Positions 44,331 to 53,203 of a stretch of DNA of 64,000 nt are shown here, in pieces; positions within the stretch are counted from its first letter, which is position 1; every line of letters begins with the position of its first letter. The stretch comes from an uncultured bacterium (GTDB lineage: Bacteria; Krumholzibacteriota; Krumholzibacteriia; LZORAL124-64-63). The notes under the pieces are model-generated. The model saw only the letters and a list, made by a program, of their open reading frames with translations. It did not search any database and was not told where the DNA came from. A program made the position numbers and the translations under genes. The stretch lies in assembly GCA_963727525.1 (NCBI GenBank), contig CAVSGO010000007.1, positions 928,001 to 992,000 of the forward strand, in the 5' to 3' direction.

Positions 44331-44648
44331 TCAGGCCTTGGTATCGATGAGCCGTCCGACCGTGTCGGGCGACGTGCCATCCGCCGTCTCTTCTTCGAGG
44401 TCCGCAGCGTCGTCGTCCGTCGCGGCGCGTTGCTTCTGGTCGCGTTCGCGCTTCTTGTCGGGGTCGATGTGCTGCTTGTCCGCCTTCTCGGCTTCCTGCA
44501 CCCGTTGCGGACGCAATTCGTCGTGCTTGTTCAGCTGGTCGGCAAAGGCGGGGCCACCTGCCGGCGCCTGCTGGTTGCGGGGCTGAGTCTTCGCGACGTT
44601 GCCCAGCTGCACCAGATTCGTCTGCAACGATACGCCATCGCCGGACAT
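44331..44648 (-). CDS. Hypothetical charged, low-complexity protein
   Basis: GGAGG RBS; ends GRLIDTKA; fills the gap after fliA. Confidence 0.6.
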   Translation of the reverse strand: MSGDGVSLQTNLVQLGNVAKTQPRNQQAPAGGPAFADQLNKHDELRPQRVQEAEKADKQHIDPDKKRERDQKQRAATDDDAADLEEETADGTSPDTVGRLIDTKA

Positions 44649-44669
44649 CGCCGACCTCCCCCGCGCGGC

Positions 44670-45653
44670 TTATACCACCGGGGCTCTTGCCAGCAACGAC
44701 GCCAGCGCCGCCACGAGTGGCACAAGCGCCAGGCACGCCGTCACGTTCACCGAGGCCAGGGGCGCCTCGGTCGGGTCCACGGTCTCACTGTTCCTATCCT
44801 CGGCACGGCCGCGCGAGGCGGTGCCACGGCGCCCCTTCTCCTCGCGGATCTCGGCCGTGAGGCGGCCGATGGACTGCTTGCCCTCATGCCTCTGGATCTT
44901 CCCCTTGAGCCGCATGATCGCCTTCGTGTGCACCTGGCACACGCGACTCTCCGTCACGTCGAGGATCTCGCCGATCTCCTTCAGCGTCAGCTCCTCGTAG
45001 TAGTAGAGCACGAGCACGAGCTGTTCCTTCTCGGGCAGCTCGGCCAGGCGCAGTGCGATCAGGTCGCGCATCTCCTGCGCGGCGATGGTGCGTTCCACGT
45101 CCTCGGCGCGCGGGTCGGCGAGGTAGTCGCCGAGGCTCGTCGACTGATCGCTCTCATCACCGGAGGTGTCAGCGTCGAGGGACATGATCGTGGCCACGGC
45201 CACCTCGCCCAGGATGCCGTCGAGTTCCGACACATCGACATGCAGTTCCCGGGCCACTTCATGGTCGGTTGCAGGGCGGCCGAGGCGGGCCTCGAGCGTC
45301 GCGTAGATCTCCTCGACCTGCTTCGCCTTGCGGCGCAGACTGCGCGGGAACCAGTCCTGGCTGCGCAGCTCGTCGAGGATGGCGCCACGGATGCGGGGGA
45401 TCGCGTAGGTCTCGAACTTGATCCCGCGCTCGTGGTCGAAATTGTCGATCGCCTGGATCAGGCCGAGGAGGCCGGCCGAGATCAGGTCGTTGAACTCGAC
45501 GTAGTGAGGCAACCCGACCGCCATGCGCCCGGCAACGTACTTGACGACGCGGGCATACTTCTGCACCAGTTCCTGCCGGGCAGCCTGGTCGCGCGAGTCG
45601 CGGCAGAGGCACCACAGGTCGAGATATGCGATCGGAGGGGTCGTTTCGATCAT
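44670..45653 (-). CDS. fliA: Flagellar sigma factor FliA/WhiG (sigma28) with a C-terminal extension
   Basis: DLISAGLLGL, KFETYAIPRIRGAILDELRSQDWFPRS, LYYYEELTLKEIGEILDVTESRVCQVH. Confidence 0.95.
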   Translation of the reverse strand: MIETTPPIAYLDLWCLCRDSRDQAARQELVQKYARVVKYVAGRMAVGLPHYVEFNDLISAGLLGLIQAIDNFDHERGIKFETYAIPRIRGAILDELRSQDWFPRSLRRKAKQVEEIYATLEARLGRPATDHEVARELHVDVSELDGILGEVAVATIMSLDADTSGDESDQSTSLGDYLADPRAEDVERTIAAQEMRDLIALRLAELPEKEQLVLVLYYYEELTLKEIGEILDVTESRVCQVHTKAIMRLKGKIQRHEGKQSIGRLTAEIREEKGRRGTASRGRAEDRNSETVDPTEAPLASVNVTACLALVPLVAALASLLARAPVV

Positions 45654-45694
45654 CTCTGCTTCACCCTTTCGCGTGCGTCGCAATACCCCTCAGT

Positions 45695-45711
45695 TGCACG
45701 AAACGTGCCAG
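45695..45711 (-). promoter_or_regulatory. sigma54 -24/-12 promoter of fliA
   Basis: CTGGCACG-TTTC-GTGCA in the short gap upstream of fliA. Confidence 0.7.
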
Positions 45712-45714
45712 GCG

Positions 45715-46074
45715 TCACCGGTCCGCCGGAACCGTTTCGGCAGCATCCGGAACCGATTCCGGGGCCGGTTTCGTTTCCCCGTCGGCAGGGCTTTCCGCCT
45801 CGGCCGGCGTCGATGCGGCCGGTTTCCGGCCGTCCCTGGCGGTTTTCGCCTTGCGACGCCAGGCCGGCTTGCGCTCGGTCTCGGCCGGCGGCGGCGGCGC
45901 GTTCCCGGCGAGGACCCGGGCCACCACCGCGACCACGGCGCCCATGAAGAAGACGGCGAAGTAGGCCGTGAAGACCCGACGCAGGGCCGCGGCCAGGCTA
46001 TAGTCGCGCCAGATCGCGCTGGCGAGCGTCACCAGCGCCGCGCCGAGAGCCAGGGTCTGGATCACGCGCACCAT
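45715..46074 (-). CDS. Two-TM small protein, FlgV-like by position and topology
   Basis: Two N-terminal hydrophobic helices and a disordered tail; lies between flhF and fliA. Confidence 0.55.
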   Translation of the reverse strand: MVRVIQTLALGAALVTLASAIWRDYSLAAALRRVFTAYFAVFFMGAVVAVVARVLAGNAPPPPAETERKPAWRRKAKTARDGRKPAASTPAEAESPADGETKPAPESVPDAAETVPADR

Positions 46075-46077
46075 CGG

Positions 46078-47274
46078 CTACTCCTGGGCATGGGCCAGCT
46101 GCACCGCCGCCCGCGTTTCGGGAGCATCCGCGGCCGCCGTCGCGTCCATGATCAATGACACGAGAGCCGCCGGGTCTGCGATGTCCAGCTCCCGCCGCGA
46201 CCACGCCCCGCGCCCGAGCAGGGACACGGGCCGCGCCAGGATCGCGAGCACGTCCAGCAATTTGGCGTGGCGGGTCACCTGGTCGAGGCGTGTCAATGCC
46301 ACCCAGTCGGCATTCCACTCGCGTGCGAGCGCCGCCTGAGCCGCCGCTTCGCGCGGATCCCGATCGAGTGGAAAGACGACGTGACGATGGTACGCCGCGC
46401 TGCGCACGACCTGCGCACGGAGAGCCGTGTCCGCCTCGTCGAAGCCGTCATCCCAGGCAGGCGTGTCCATGAGCACCGCGTCGTACTCGGCGAAGTGGTC
46501 CGCCCCGGACTCGAGCTGCTCCGGGTCCTGGATGATCGCCGCGTCGTACCCCTTCTGGGACGCTTCCATCTGCAACCGGCGGATCTCACCGGCATGGCGC
46601 GGCAGTAGCGACAGTACGAGCACGCGCCGACCGACCGCGCGCAACCGGGCGGCGGCCGTGTACACCAGGGACGACTTGCCCGCACCCGATGGCCCCACGA
46701 AGACGTGGCCGCCGCCGAAATCCTCCCACGAACCGCTGCCGGTCGGCAGATTATCCTCGAGATAGCGCGCGAGGGCCTCGCTGTCGTCGGGAGCGCTGCC
46801 GGTCTCCACCACCAACCGCTCCAGTACCCGCGAGACCACGTCCTCACCTGCGCCCGCAGCGACCAGCGCGCGGGCCAGGGGGTTCACCGGCCGCGCCGCC
46901 TGGCGCTCCACCTGCTCCAGTACGAGGCGTTCGTGGTCGGCGGCCACACGCCTGACGAGGGCCTCGATACGGTCCACCTCGGCCGCGATCTCCCGGGCCA
47001 CGTGACCTTCGGCGGCGCCGAGCGTGCCGCGGCCCGGGAAGGGCCCGCGGTCCACGCGAGCGCTCTCCTCCGTTGGCGGCTCCACCAATACCTCCACCAC
47101 GCGCTCGGCCCCGAGCCGACCCCGCTGGCGGCGGTTGATCGTCCGGCTGCGGATGACGCGGGCGTCCACACCGTAGCGCTGACGCACGAGCCGCAAGGCA
47201 TCCTTCAGAGTCGCAGCCTCGACCACGGCCGGGCCCTCGTTACCCGATGGCGACATGCTGTTGCGCATGTCCAT
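46078..47274 (-). CDS. flhF: Flagellar SRP-type GTPase FlhF, divergent
   Basis: N-terminal AATLKDALRLVRQRYGVDARVI (B-domain-like), P-loop GPSGAGKS, TRLDQ; directly after flhA. Confidence 0.8.
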   Translation of the reverse strand: MDMRNSMSPSGNEGPAVVEAATLKDALRLVRQRYGVDARVIRSRTINRRQRGRLGAERVVEVLVEPPTEESARVDRGPFPGRGTLGAAEGHVAREIAAEVDRIEALVRRVAADHERLVLEQVERQAARPVNPLARALVAAGAGEDVVSRVLERLVVETGSAPDDSEALARYLEDNLPTGSGSWEDFGGGHVFVGPSGAGKSSLVYTAAARLRAVGRRVLVLSLLPRHAGEIRRLQMEASQKGYDAAIIQDPEQLESGADHFAEYDAVLMDTPAWDDGFDEADTALRAQVVRSAAYHRHVVFPLDRDPREAAAQAALAREWNADWVALTRLDQVTRHAKLLDVLAILARPVSLLGRGAWSRRELDIADPAALVSLIMDATAAADAPETRAAVQLAHAQE

Positions 47275-49369
47275 GGGTCACCACCGTTCCGGCCGACTGG
47301 ATCTGAGCATTCGGAGCGACCTCCGTGTAGCCCATGACGGCCAAGTTGGGGTACGTCGGTTCGACGAGTCGCTTGAGGAAGAAGCGGATCGCCGTCGGCA
47401 CCAGCAGCACCGGCGAGCACCCGGCGCCGTACGCCTGGCGCAGCACCGCATCGAGCCGCTGCATGAACTCCTGGGTGAAGGCCGGGTCGAGCGCGACCTG
47501 GCCATGCTGCTCGCTCTGGTGGCAAGCATCCAGGAAATGCTGTTCTGCCTGCGGGTGCAGGCTGATCGCGTGCACCTTGCCGTCCGGCTCGGTGTGCAGC
47601 GCGGTGATCGACCGGTGCAGCACCTCGCGCACCTTCGTGGTCACGAAATCCGTGCCGGCATTGGTGCCCGCGAAGTTTGCCAGGGTCTCCAGGATGGTCA
47701 CGATGTCGCGCACCGGCACCCGTTCGTGCAGCAGAGCCCGCAGCACGTTGTGCAGCGTGTTGACAGGCACCTTGTCGGGAATGAGATCCTCGATGAGCGA
47801 CGGCGCGAACTCCCGCACCGACTCGCACATGTCCTTCACGTCCTGTCGCGACAGCAGCTCGTCGGCATGGCTGCGGATGGTCTCGGACAGGTGGGTGGCC
47901 AGCACGGCCGCCGGCTCCACCACGGTGTAGCCCTCGCGCTCCGCGCGGCTGCGCTGGTCGCGATCGATCCACACGGCCGGCAGGTGGAAGGCCGGTTCCA
48001 CCGTGGGCGTGCCGCTCAACTCGCCGGCGTCGCCGCGCGTGCTCATCGCCAGGAGCTGGCTCGGCTCGAGAGCGGCGCGCGCGATGGCCACGCCCTTGAG
48101 CTTGATCACGTACTCCTGCGCGCCCAGCGCGAGGTTGTCGCGCACCCGGACCGGATGGACGAAGACGCCCAGCTCGTTGCCCACCTGGCGGCGGATGTTG
48201 CCGATGCGCTGCAGCAGGTCGCCGCCGCGCGCCTCGTCCACGAGCGAGATCAGGCCGTAGCCGATTTCCAGCTCCAGGCGATCCATGACGAAGAGGTCCT
48301 CGCCCCGCAGTCCTTGCGGCTCGGGTGCCGCCGCGGTGGCAAGGTCCTCCCGCTCCTGCTCGGCCAACTGCTCCGCCCCCGCCGCCTTCACGCGCTTGCC
48401 GATGACGCGGGCGGCCACGGCGATGCCGGCCGACAGCAGCAGGAACGGAACTGTCGGTAAGCCGGGAATGAGGCCCAGGGCGGCGAGCGATCCGGCGGCG
48501 AGATTCAGTGCCTTCGGCTGGTTGAAGATCTGCATCGTGAGCGCCTGGCCAAGGCTCAGGTCGCCGCTGCTGCGCGTGACGATCATGCCCGCGGCCGTGG
48601 AGACCAGCAGCGCCGGCACCTGGCTCACGAGGCCGTCGCCCACCGTGAGGATGGTGAAGCGGGCCAGCGCCTCTCCGGCCGGTAGACCGAGTTGCAGCAT
48701 GCCGATCACGAAACCGGCCACGATGTTCACCAGAGTGATGATGATGCCGGCAACCGCATCGCCGCGCACGAACTTGCTGGCGCCATCCATCGCGCCGTAG
48801 AATTCCGCTTCGAGCGCGATCTTTTCGCGACGGCGCCGCGCCTCGCTCTCGTTGATCATGCCGGCGTTGAGATCGGCGTCGATCGCCATCTGCTTGCCGG
48901 GCATCGCGTCGAGAGTGAAACGCGCGGCGACCTCGGCGATACGCGTGGAACCCTTCGTGATCACGAGGAAGTTCACCACGACGAGGATCACGAAGACGAT
49001 CACGCCGATGACGTAGTTGCCGCCCACCACGAAGTCGCCGAAACTCTGGACCACCTGACCGGCCGCCCCCCGGCTGAGGATGAGGCGGGTAGACGCCACG
49101 TTCAACGAGAGACGGAACAGCGTCATGATCAGGAGCAAGGACGGGAAAGCATTGAACTCGAGAGGTTCGCGCAGATAAAGCGCCACGAGAAGCACGATGA
49201 CGGACAGAGCGATGCTGAAGGTCATCAGCATGTCCAGCAGCACCGGTGCGACGGGGATCACCATGAGCGCCAAAATGACCAGCACGGCCACGGCACTCAT
49301 GGCGTTGCTGTTGGCCAAAACCAGGTCTCGGCTGAGAACCTTGTCCTGATCCAACCCACTACCCCACAA
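47240..49369 (-). CDS. flhA: Flagellar export gate protein FlhA
   Basis: FPSLLL, RIAEVAARFTLDAMPGKQMAIDADL, FYGAMDGASKFVRGD, IGDGLV-like VGDGLVSQ. Exact start uncertain. Confidence 0.97.
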   Translation of the reverse strand: MWGSGLDQDKVLSRDLVLANSNAMSAVAVLVILALMVIPVAPVLLDMLMTFSIALSVIVLLVALYLREPLEFNAFPSLLLIMTLFRLSLNVASTRLILSRGAAGQVVQSFGDFVVGGNYVIGVIVFVILVVVNFLVITKGSTRIAEVAARFTLDAMPGKQMAIDADLNAGMINESEARRRREKIALEAEFYGAMDGASKFVRGDAVAGIIITLVNIVAGFVIGMLQLGLPAGEALARFTILTVGDGLVSQVPALLVSTAAGMIVTRSSGDLSLGQALTMQIFNQPKALNLAAGSLAALGLIPGLPTVPFLLLSAGIAVAARVIGKRVKAAGAEQLAEQEREDLATAAAPEPQGLRGEDLFVMDRLELEIGYGLISLVDEARGGDLLQRIGNIRRQVGNELGVFVHPVRVRDNLALGAQEYVIKLKGVAIARAALEPSQLLAMSTRGDAGELSGTPTVEPAFHLPAVWIDRDQRSRAEREGYTVVEPAAVLATHLSETIRSHADELLSRQDVKDMCESVREFAPSLIEDLIPDKVPVNTLHNVLRALLHERVPVRDIVTILETLANFAGTNAGTDFVTTKVREVLHRSITALHTEPDGKVHAISLHPQAEQHFLDACHQSEQHGQVALDPAFTQEFMQRLDAVLRQAYGAGCSPVLLVPTAIRFFLKRLVEPTYPNLAVMGYTEVAPNAQIQSAGTVVTHGHAQQHVAIG

Positions 49370-49373
49370 TCAG

Positions 49374-50435
49374 TTATGCCTTCTTGAGGCGGTACACGTA
49401 AGCCAGGATCTCGGCCACGGCCTGGAACAGTCGCTCCGGGACCGCGCGGCCCACTTTGACATCCTTATACAAGGCACGTGCCACCGGCTTGTTCTCGATC
49501 ACCGGGACGCGCGATGCCCGCGCGATCTCGCGGATCTTCTGGGCCAGGTAGTCGGCCCCCTTGGCCACCACCACCGGTGCCGCGGTTCCCGGCTTGTACT
49601 GGAGCGCCACAGCGAGGTGGGTCGGGTTCGTCACCACGACGTCGGCCCCGGGCACTGCCGCGAGCATGCGCTGGCGTGCGAGATCCATCTGCATGCCGCG
49701 AATACGCGCCTTGATCTGCGGGTCGCCCTCGTACTCCTTGTTCTCTTCCTTCACCTCTTGCTTGCTCATCTTCAGGTCTTCCTCGTACTGCCATCGCTGG
49801 TACGTCCAGTCGACCACCGCGAGCAGCGCCACGAACCCCAGGAGCACGATCATCAGGTGGATGAACCCACCCCGTGCCACACGCACGATGTCGGACAGGT
49901 CCAGGTTCGATGCCGGCAAGAGGCGCACGAGCTGCGAGCGAATCACCAGCCAGGCCAGCACGCCGATGATGCCCACCTTGGTGAGCCCTTTCGCGAGCTC
50001 GAAGAAGGTGCGCTTCTGGACGAAGCGCTTCATGCCGGCGACGGGATTCAGCTTGCTCGCGTTGGGCATGAGCGCCTCGGCCGAGAAATTCATCCCCACC
50101 TGCGCGATGTTGCCCCCCACCGCCGCGACGAGCACCACGGCCATGATCGGCGCCAGGCACAGGGCGAGGTTCTGGGTATTCCCGATGAGCATGGTGCGCA
50201 GGCCCCCGATATTGTCCACCCGCAGCAGATAGGCCTGGCTGAAGAGGTAGGCGGCATTGCGGCCGATCGTGATCGTGAGGTAGCGAGGCAACAGGAGGAG
50301 CATCGCGATGCCGGCCGTCAGCACGAAGAGGGTGTTCAGCTCTATGCTCTTGGCCACCTGGCCCTTATCGCGCGCCTTGTCGCGCCGTCTACCGGTGGCA
50401 CTCTCTGTGCGTTCGCCTGCGACCTCGTCCGCCAT
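49374..50435 (-). CDS. flhB: Flagellar export switch protein FlhB
   Basis: ERTE, KMSKQEVKEE, EGDPQIK, autocleavage motif NPTH, VVAKG. Confidence 0.97.
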   Translation of the reverse strand: MADEVAGERTESATGRRRDKARDKGQVAKSIELNTLFVLTAGIAMLLLLPRYLTITIGRNAAYLFSQAYLLRVDNIGGLRTMLIGNTQNLALCLAPIMAVVLVAAVGGNIAQVGMNFSAEALMPNASKLNPVAGMKRFVQKRTFFELAKGLTKVGIIGVLAWLVIRSQLVRLLPASNLDLSDIVRVARGGFIHLMIVLLGFVALLAVVDWTYQRWQYEEDLKMSKQEVKEENKEYEGDPQIKARIRGMQMDLARQRMLAAVPGADVVVTNPTHLAVALQYKPGTAAPVVVAKGADYLAQKIREIARASRVPVIENKPVARALYKDVKVGRAVPERLFQAVAEILAYVYRLKKA

Positions 50436-50499
50436 TACTCACCTCCTTCACGTCTGGCCCCGGGGATCGGAATCCCCGCGCCCGCATGTTCCCGAGGCG

Positions 50500-51288
50500 T
50501 CATTGCGCCGTCAGGGCCAGCAGCACGCGCTCGACGAGCGCCTCGCCGCCGGCGAAGAGTCCGAGTACCCCGTTCTTGAAATAGACGAGCGACAATCCGA
50601 TCACGAGCAGACCCACGCCGATCTTGATGGGAAAGCCCACCACGAGCACGTGGATCTGCGGTGCGGTTTTCACGATCACGCCCATCGCGGCGCTGATGAG
50701 CAGCAGGACCGTCACCAGCGGCGCCGCCAGGCGCAGCCCGAGACCGAAAACCGAGCCGTATTCCTCCACCATCTGCCAACCGCCGGCGCCGACCGAGAGT
50801 GGCGCGAAGGGCGGCAGCACGCGGCACGAAGCCACCACCTCCCGCAGCATCACGTGGTGGGCATCCACCGAGAAGAAGAGCAGCACGGCGAGCAGGTAGT
50901 AGAGCTGCGAGATCACCGAGATCTGCGAGCCCGTCTGCGGATCGAAGGTGTTCACGATGCCGAAGCCGATCTGCATGTCCATGATGGTGCCCGCGTAGCG
51001 CACGGCAGTGAAGGCGAGATTCACGGCAAAGGCGAGCAGGGCGCCGACCACGAGGGATCGCAGAGCCTCGCCCACCAGCGTGGGCCAGGCGAGCAGCGCC
51101 GTGCCGGGTGGCACCAGCGGCGCCACCGTCGGCGCCAGGGCCGCGGCCAGGGCCGCGGCGAGGGCGAGGCGCCAGAGCAGGGGCACCGCGCGCAGATCGA
51201 GCAGCGGCAGGGTCGCCATCAACACGGACAGCCGCAGCACCAGGGCAGCGGTGGTCAGGAGCAGGGTGAGGTCGAATGTGATGCGCAC
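50500..51288 (-). CDS. fliR: Flagellar export protein FliR
   Basis: AGTIMDMQIGFG, FDPQ, KTAPQIHVLVVGFPIKI. Confidence 0.95.
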   Translation of the reverse strand: MRITFDLTLLLTTAALVLRLSVLMATLPLLDLRAVPLLWRLALAAALAAALAPTVAPLVPPGTALLAWPTLVGEALRSLVVGALLAFAVNLAFTAVRYAGTIMDMQIGFGIVNTFDPQTGSQISVISQLYYLLAVLLFFSVDAHHVMLREVVASCRVLPPFAPLSVGAGGWQMVEEYGSVFGLGLRLAAPLVTVLLLISAAMGVIVKTAPQIHVLVVGFPIKIGVGLLVIGLSLVYFKNGVLGLFAGGEALVERVLLALTAQ

Positions 51289-51295
51289 GGCGCCT

Positions 51296-51559
51296 CTACA
51301 TGCCGGCCACGCGGTCGAACATCGCGCGGGTGAAACCGGTGATCTGCGCGATCGCCCACGGCAGCGTGATGATCAACACCACGAACACCGTGATGATCTT
51401 TGGCACGAAGGTCATCGTCATCTCGTTGATCTGCGTGGCGGCCTGGAAGACGCTGATGAGCAGGCCCACGAGCATGCCGGCGATGAGCATGGGACCGGAC
51501 ACGAACAGGATCACCTTGATGGCCTGCTGGGCGATGTCGACGACGGTTTCGGGAGTCAT
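51296..51559 (-). CDS. fliQ: Flagellar export protein FliQ
   Basis: VGLLISVFQAATQINEMTMTFVPKI. Confidence 0.97.
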   Translation of the reverse strand: MTPETVVDIAQQAIKVILFVSGPMLIAGMLVGLLISVFQAATQINEMTMTFVPKIITVFVVLIITLPWAIAQITGFTRAMFDRVAGM

Positions 51560-51580
51560 CGGACGCGGTCCTTTCGCAGC

Positions 51581-52360
51581 CTACTGGAAGGCCGTGAGCA
51601 GCGATTTCACGATCAGGTACCAGCCGTCCACCATCACGAAGAGCAGGATCTTGAACGGCAGGCTGATCAGCACGGGCGGCAGCATCATCATGCCCATGGA
51701 CATGAGGACCGACGCCACGATCATATCGATGATCAAGAACGGGATGAAGAGCACGAAGCCCATCTGGAAAGCCGTACGCAACTCGCTGATGACGAAGCTC
51801 GGCACCACCACCAGCATCGGCAGATCGGTCGGTGACGCCGGCGCCTCGCGATTCGTGGTGTCGAGGAACAAGCCGATGTCCTTCTCGCGCGTCTGCGTGA
51901 GCATGAACTCCTTCAGCGGCGCCGACGCACGCTGCACGGCTTCCTGCTGACCGATCTCGTCGGCCAGGAAGGGCTGCAACGCGTCCTGGTTGATCTGCGT
52001 GAGCGTAGGCGACATGACCACCAGGGTCAGGAACAGGGCCAGACCGACGACGATCTGATTGTTCGGCGCCTGCTGCGTTCCGATCGCCTGGCGCAGGAAG
52101 CCCAGCACGATGACGATGCGGGTGAAGCTGGTCAGGAGTACCAGGAAGGCCGGCGCGAGCGAGAGCACCGTCATCAACAGGACGATCTTGATCGCCGTGT
52201 CAGTGCCCTGCGGCGAATCTATCCCGCCGACGGTGAATGTCAGCGGCTGGCCAGCCGCGGCTCCCGTGCTGGCGCCGCCGGCCGGCTGCGCCAGCGCGGG
52301 CGCAGCCAGACCCAAGACGATGACGAGGATCAGAATGACGGGACGGGACGGGATGAGCAT
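51581..52360 (-). CDS. fliP: Flagellar export protein FliP
   Basis: TSFTRIVIVL, PSFVISELRTAFQMG, MGMMMLPP, LPFKILLFVMVDGW. Confidence 0.97.
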   Translation of the reverse strand: MLIPSRPVILILVIVLGLAAPALAQPAGGASTGAAAGQPLTFTVGGIDSPQGTDTAIKIVLLMTVLSLAPAFLVLLTSFTRIVIVLGFLRQAIGTQQAPNNQIVVGLALFLTLVVMSPTLTQINQDALQPFLADEIGQQEAVQRASAPLKEFMLTQTREKDIGLFLDTTNREAPASPTDLPMLVVVPSFVISELRTAFQMGFVLFIPFLIIDMIVASVLMSMGMMMLPPVLISLPFKILLFVMVDGWYLIVKSLLTAFQ

Positions 52361-52402
52361 GGTGCCTCCGGCGCGGGTGCCACGACTGTTCCCCCGGCCG
52401 TC

Positions 52403-52418
52403 GCAACGGGCGTGCCAA
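52403..52418 (-). promoter_or_regulatory. sigma54 -24/-12 promoter of fliPQR-flhBAF
   Basis: TTGGCACG-CCCG-TTGC, a perfect consensus match, in the fliO/fliP gap. Confidence 0.8.
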
Positions 52419-52543
52419 AGCTCCGGTCCGTCGGGGCACGAACACCGTCGGTAAGTGCTTGCGGTATCGTTGCTTGAAGGATGCCACCGGGAGAGGGTGG
52501 CGGCAGGCCCCGACCGTGGCCGACCGGGTTCCAGGCAGGTTGC

Positions 52544-52849
52544 TCAGCTTCGGATCAGGCCAGCGCCGGCGGCCGCCGGCTGGGCCGCCTCCCAGCTCGC
52601 GAGCGGCTCGCTGCGCAGCAGCACCAGCCCGGTGTCGGCCTTGTAGAGGTAGTGCACCTCGTCGTGCAGACGGACGACCTGGATCTCCCGGCGCGGCGCC
52701 ACGGGCCATACCGCGAGCAGCCCCGCCTTGCCTCCGCCCACGCGACGAGACAGCCGGCCGAGGAACTTCAGGGCGACGATGAGCAGCGCGAATACCACCA
52801 CCAGCGCACCCGTCACCTGCCACCAGGAGGCGAGACCGTGGCTCATCAC
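52544..52849 (-). CDS. fliO: Flagellar protein FliO
   Basis: N-terminal TM followed by a short beta-rich domain; sits between fliN and fliP. Confidence 0.7.
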   Translation of the reverse strand: MMSHGLASWWQVTGALVVVFALLIVALKFLGRLSRRVGGGKAGLLAVWPVAPRREIQVVRLHDEVHYLYKADTGLVLLRSEPLASWEAAQPAAAGAGLIRS

Positions 52850-53202
52850 AGCACCCGCTTGAGACGTTCGACCCGGTTCAGCAGCTTCGTGATCCGCACC
52901 GCGAAATGGTCGTCGATCACCACCACCTCGCCGGTCGCGAGGAGGGAGCCGTTGACGAGGATGTCGACGGGTTCGCTCGTGAGCTTGGACAGCTCCACCA
53001 CCGAACCCGTGGTCAGGTTGAGCACGTCGCGGAACTTGAGACGTGCGCGGCCAAGCTCGACGGCGACCTTCAGATTCACGTCCAACAGAAGGTCGAGATT
53101 GCCCCCGGCCGCCGCCTCGCTCGCGAGCTCTTCCAGGCTCGTGGCAGCGTTCGTGGCGTCTGGGGTCGGGGATTTCGTGTCGGTGTTGCCCACGGTGGCC
53201 AT
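52846..53202 (-). CDS. fliN: Flagellar motor switch protein FliN
   Basis: NLDLLLDVNLKVAVELGR, GSVVEL, GEVVVI, AVRIT. Confidence 0.96.
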   Translation of the reverse strand: MATVGNTDTKSPTPDATNAATSLEELASEAAAGGNLDLLLDVNLKVAVELGRARLKFRDVLNLTTGSVVELSKLTSEPVDILVNGSLLATGEVVVIDDHFAVRITKLLNRVERLKRVL

Positions 53203-53203
53203 G

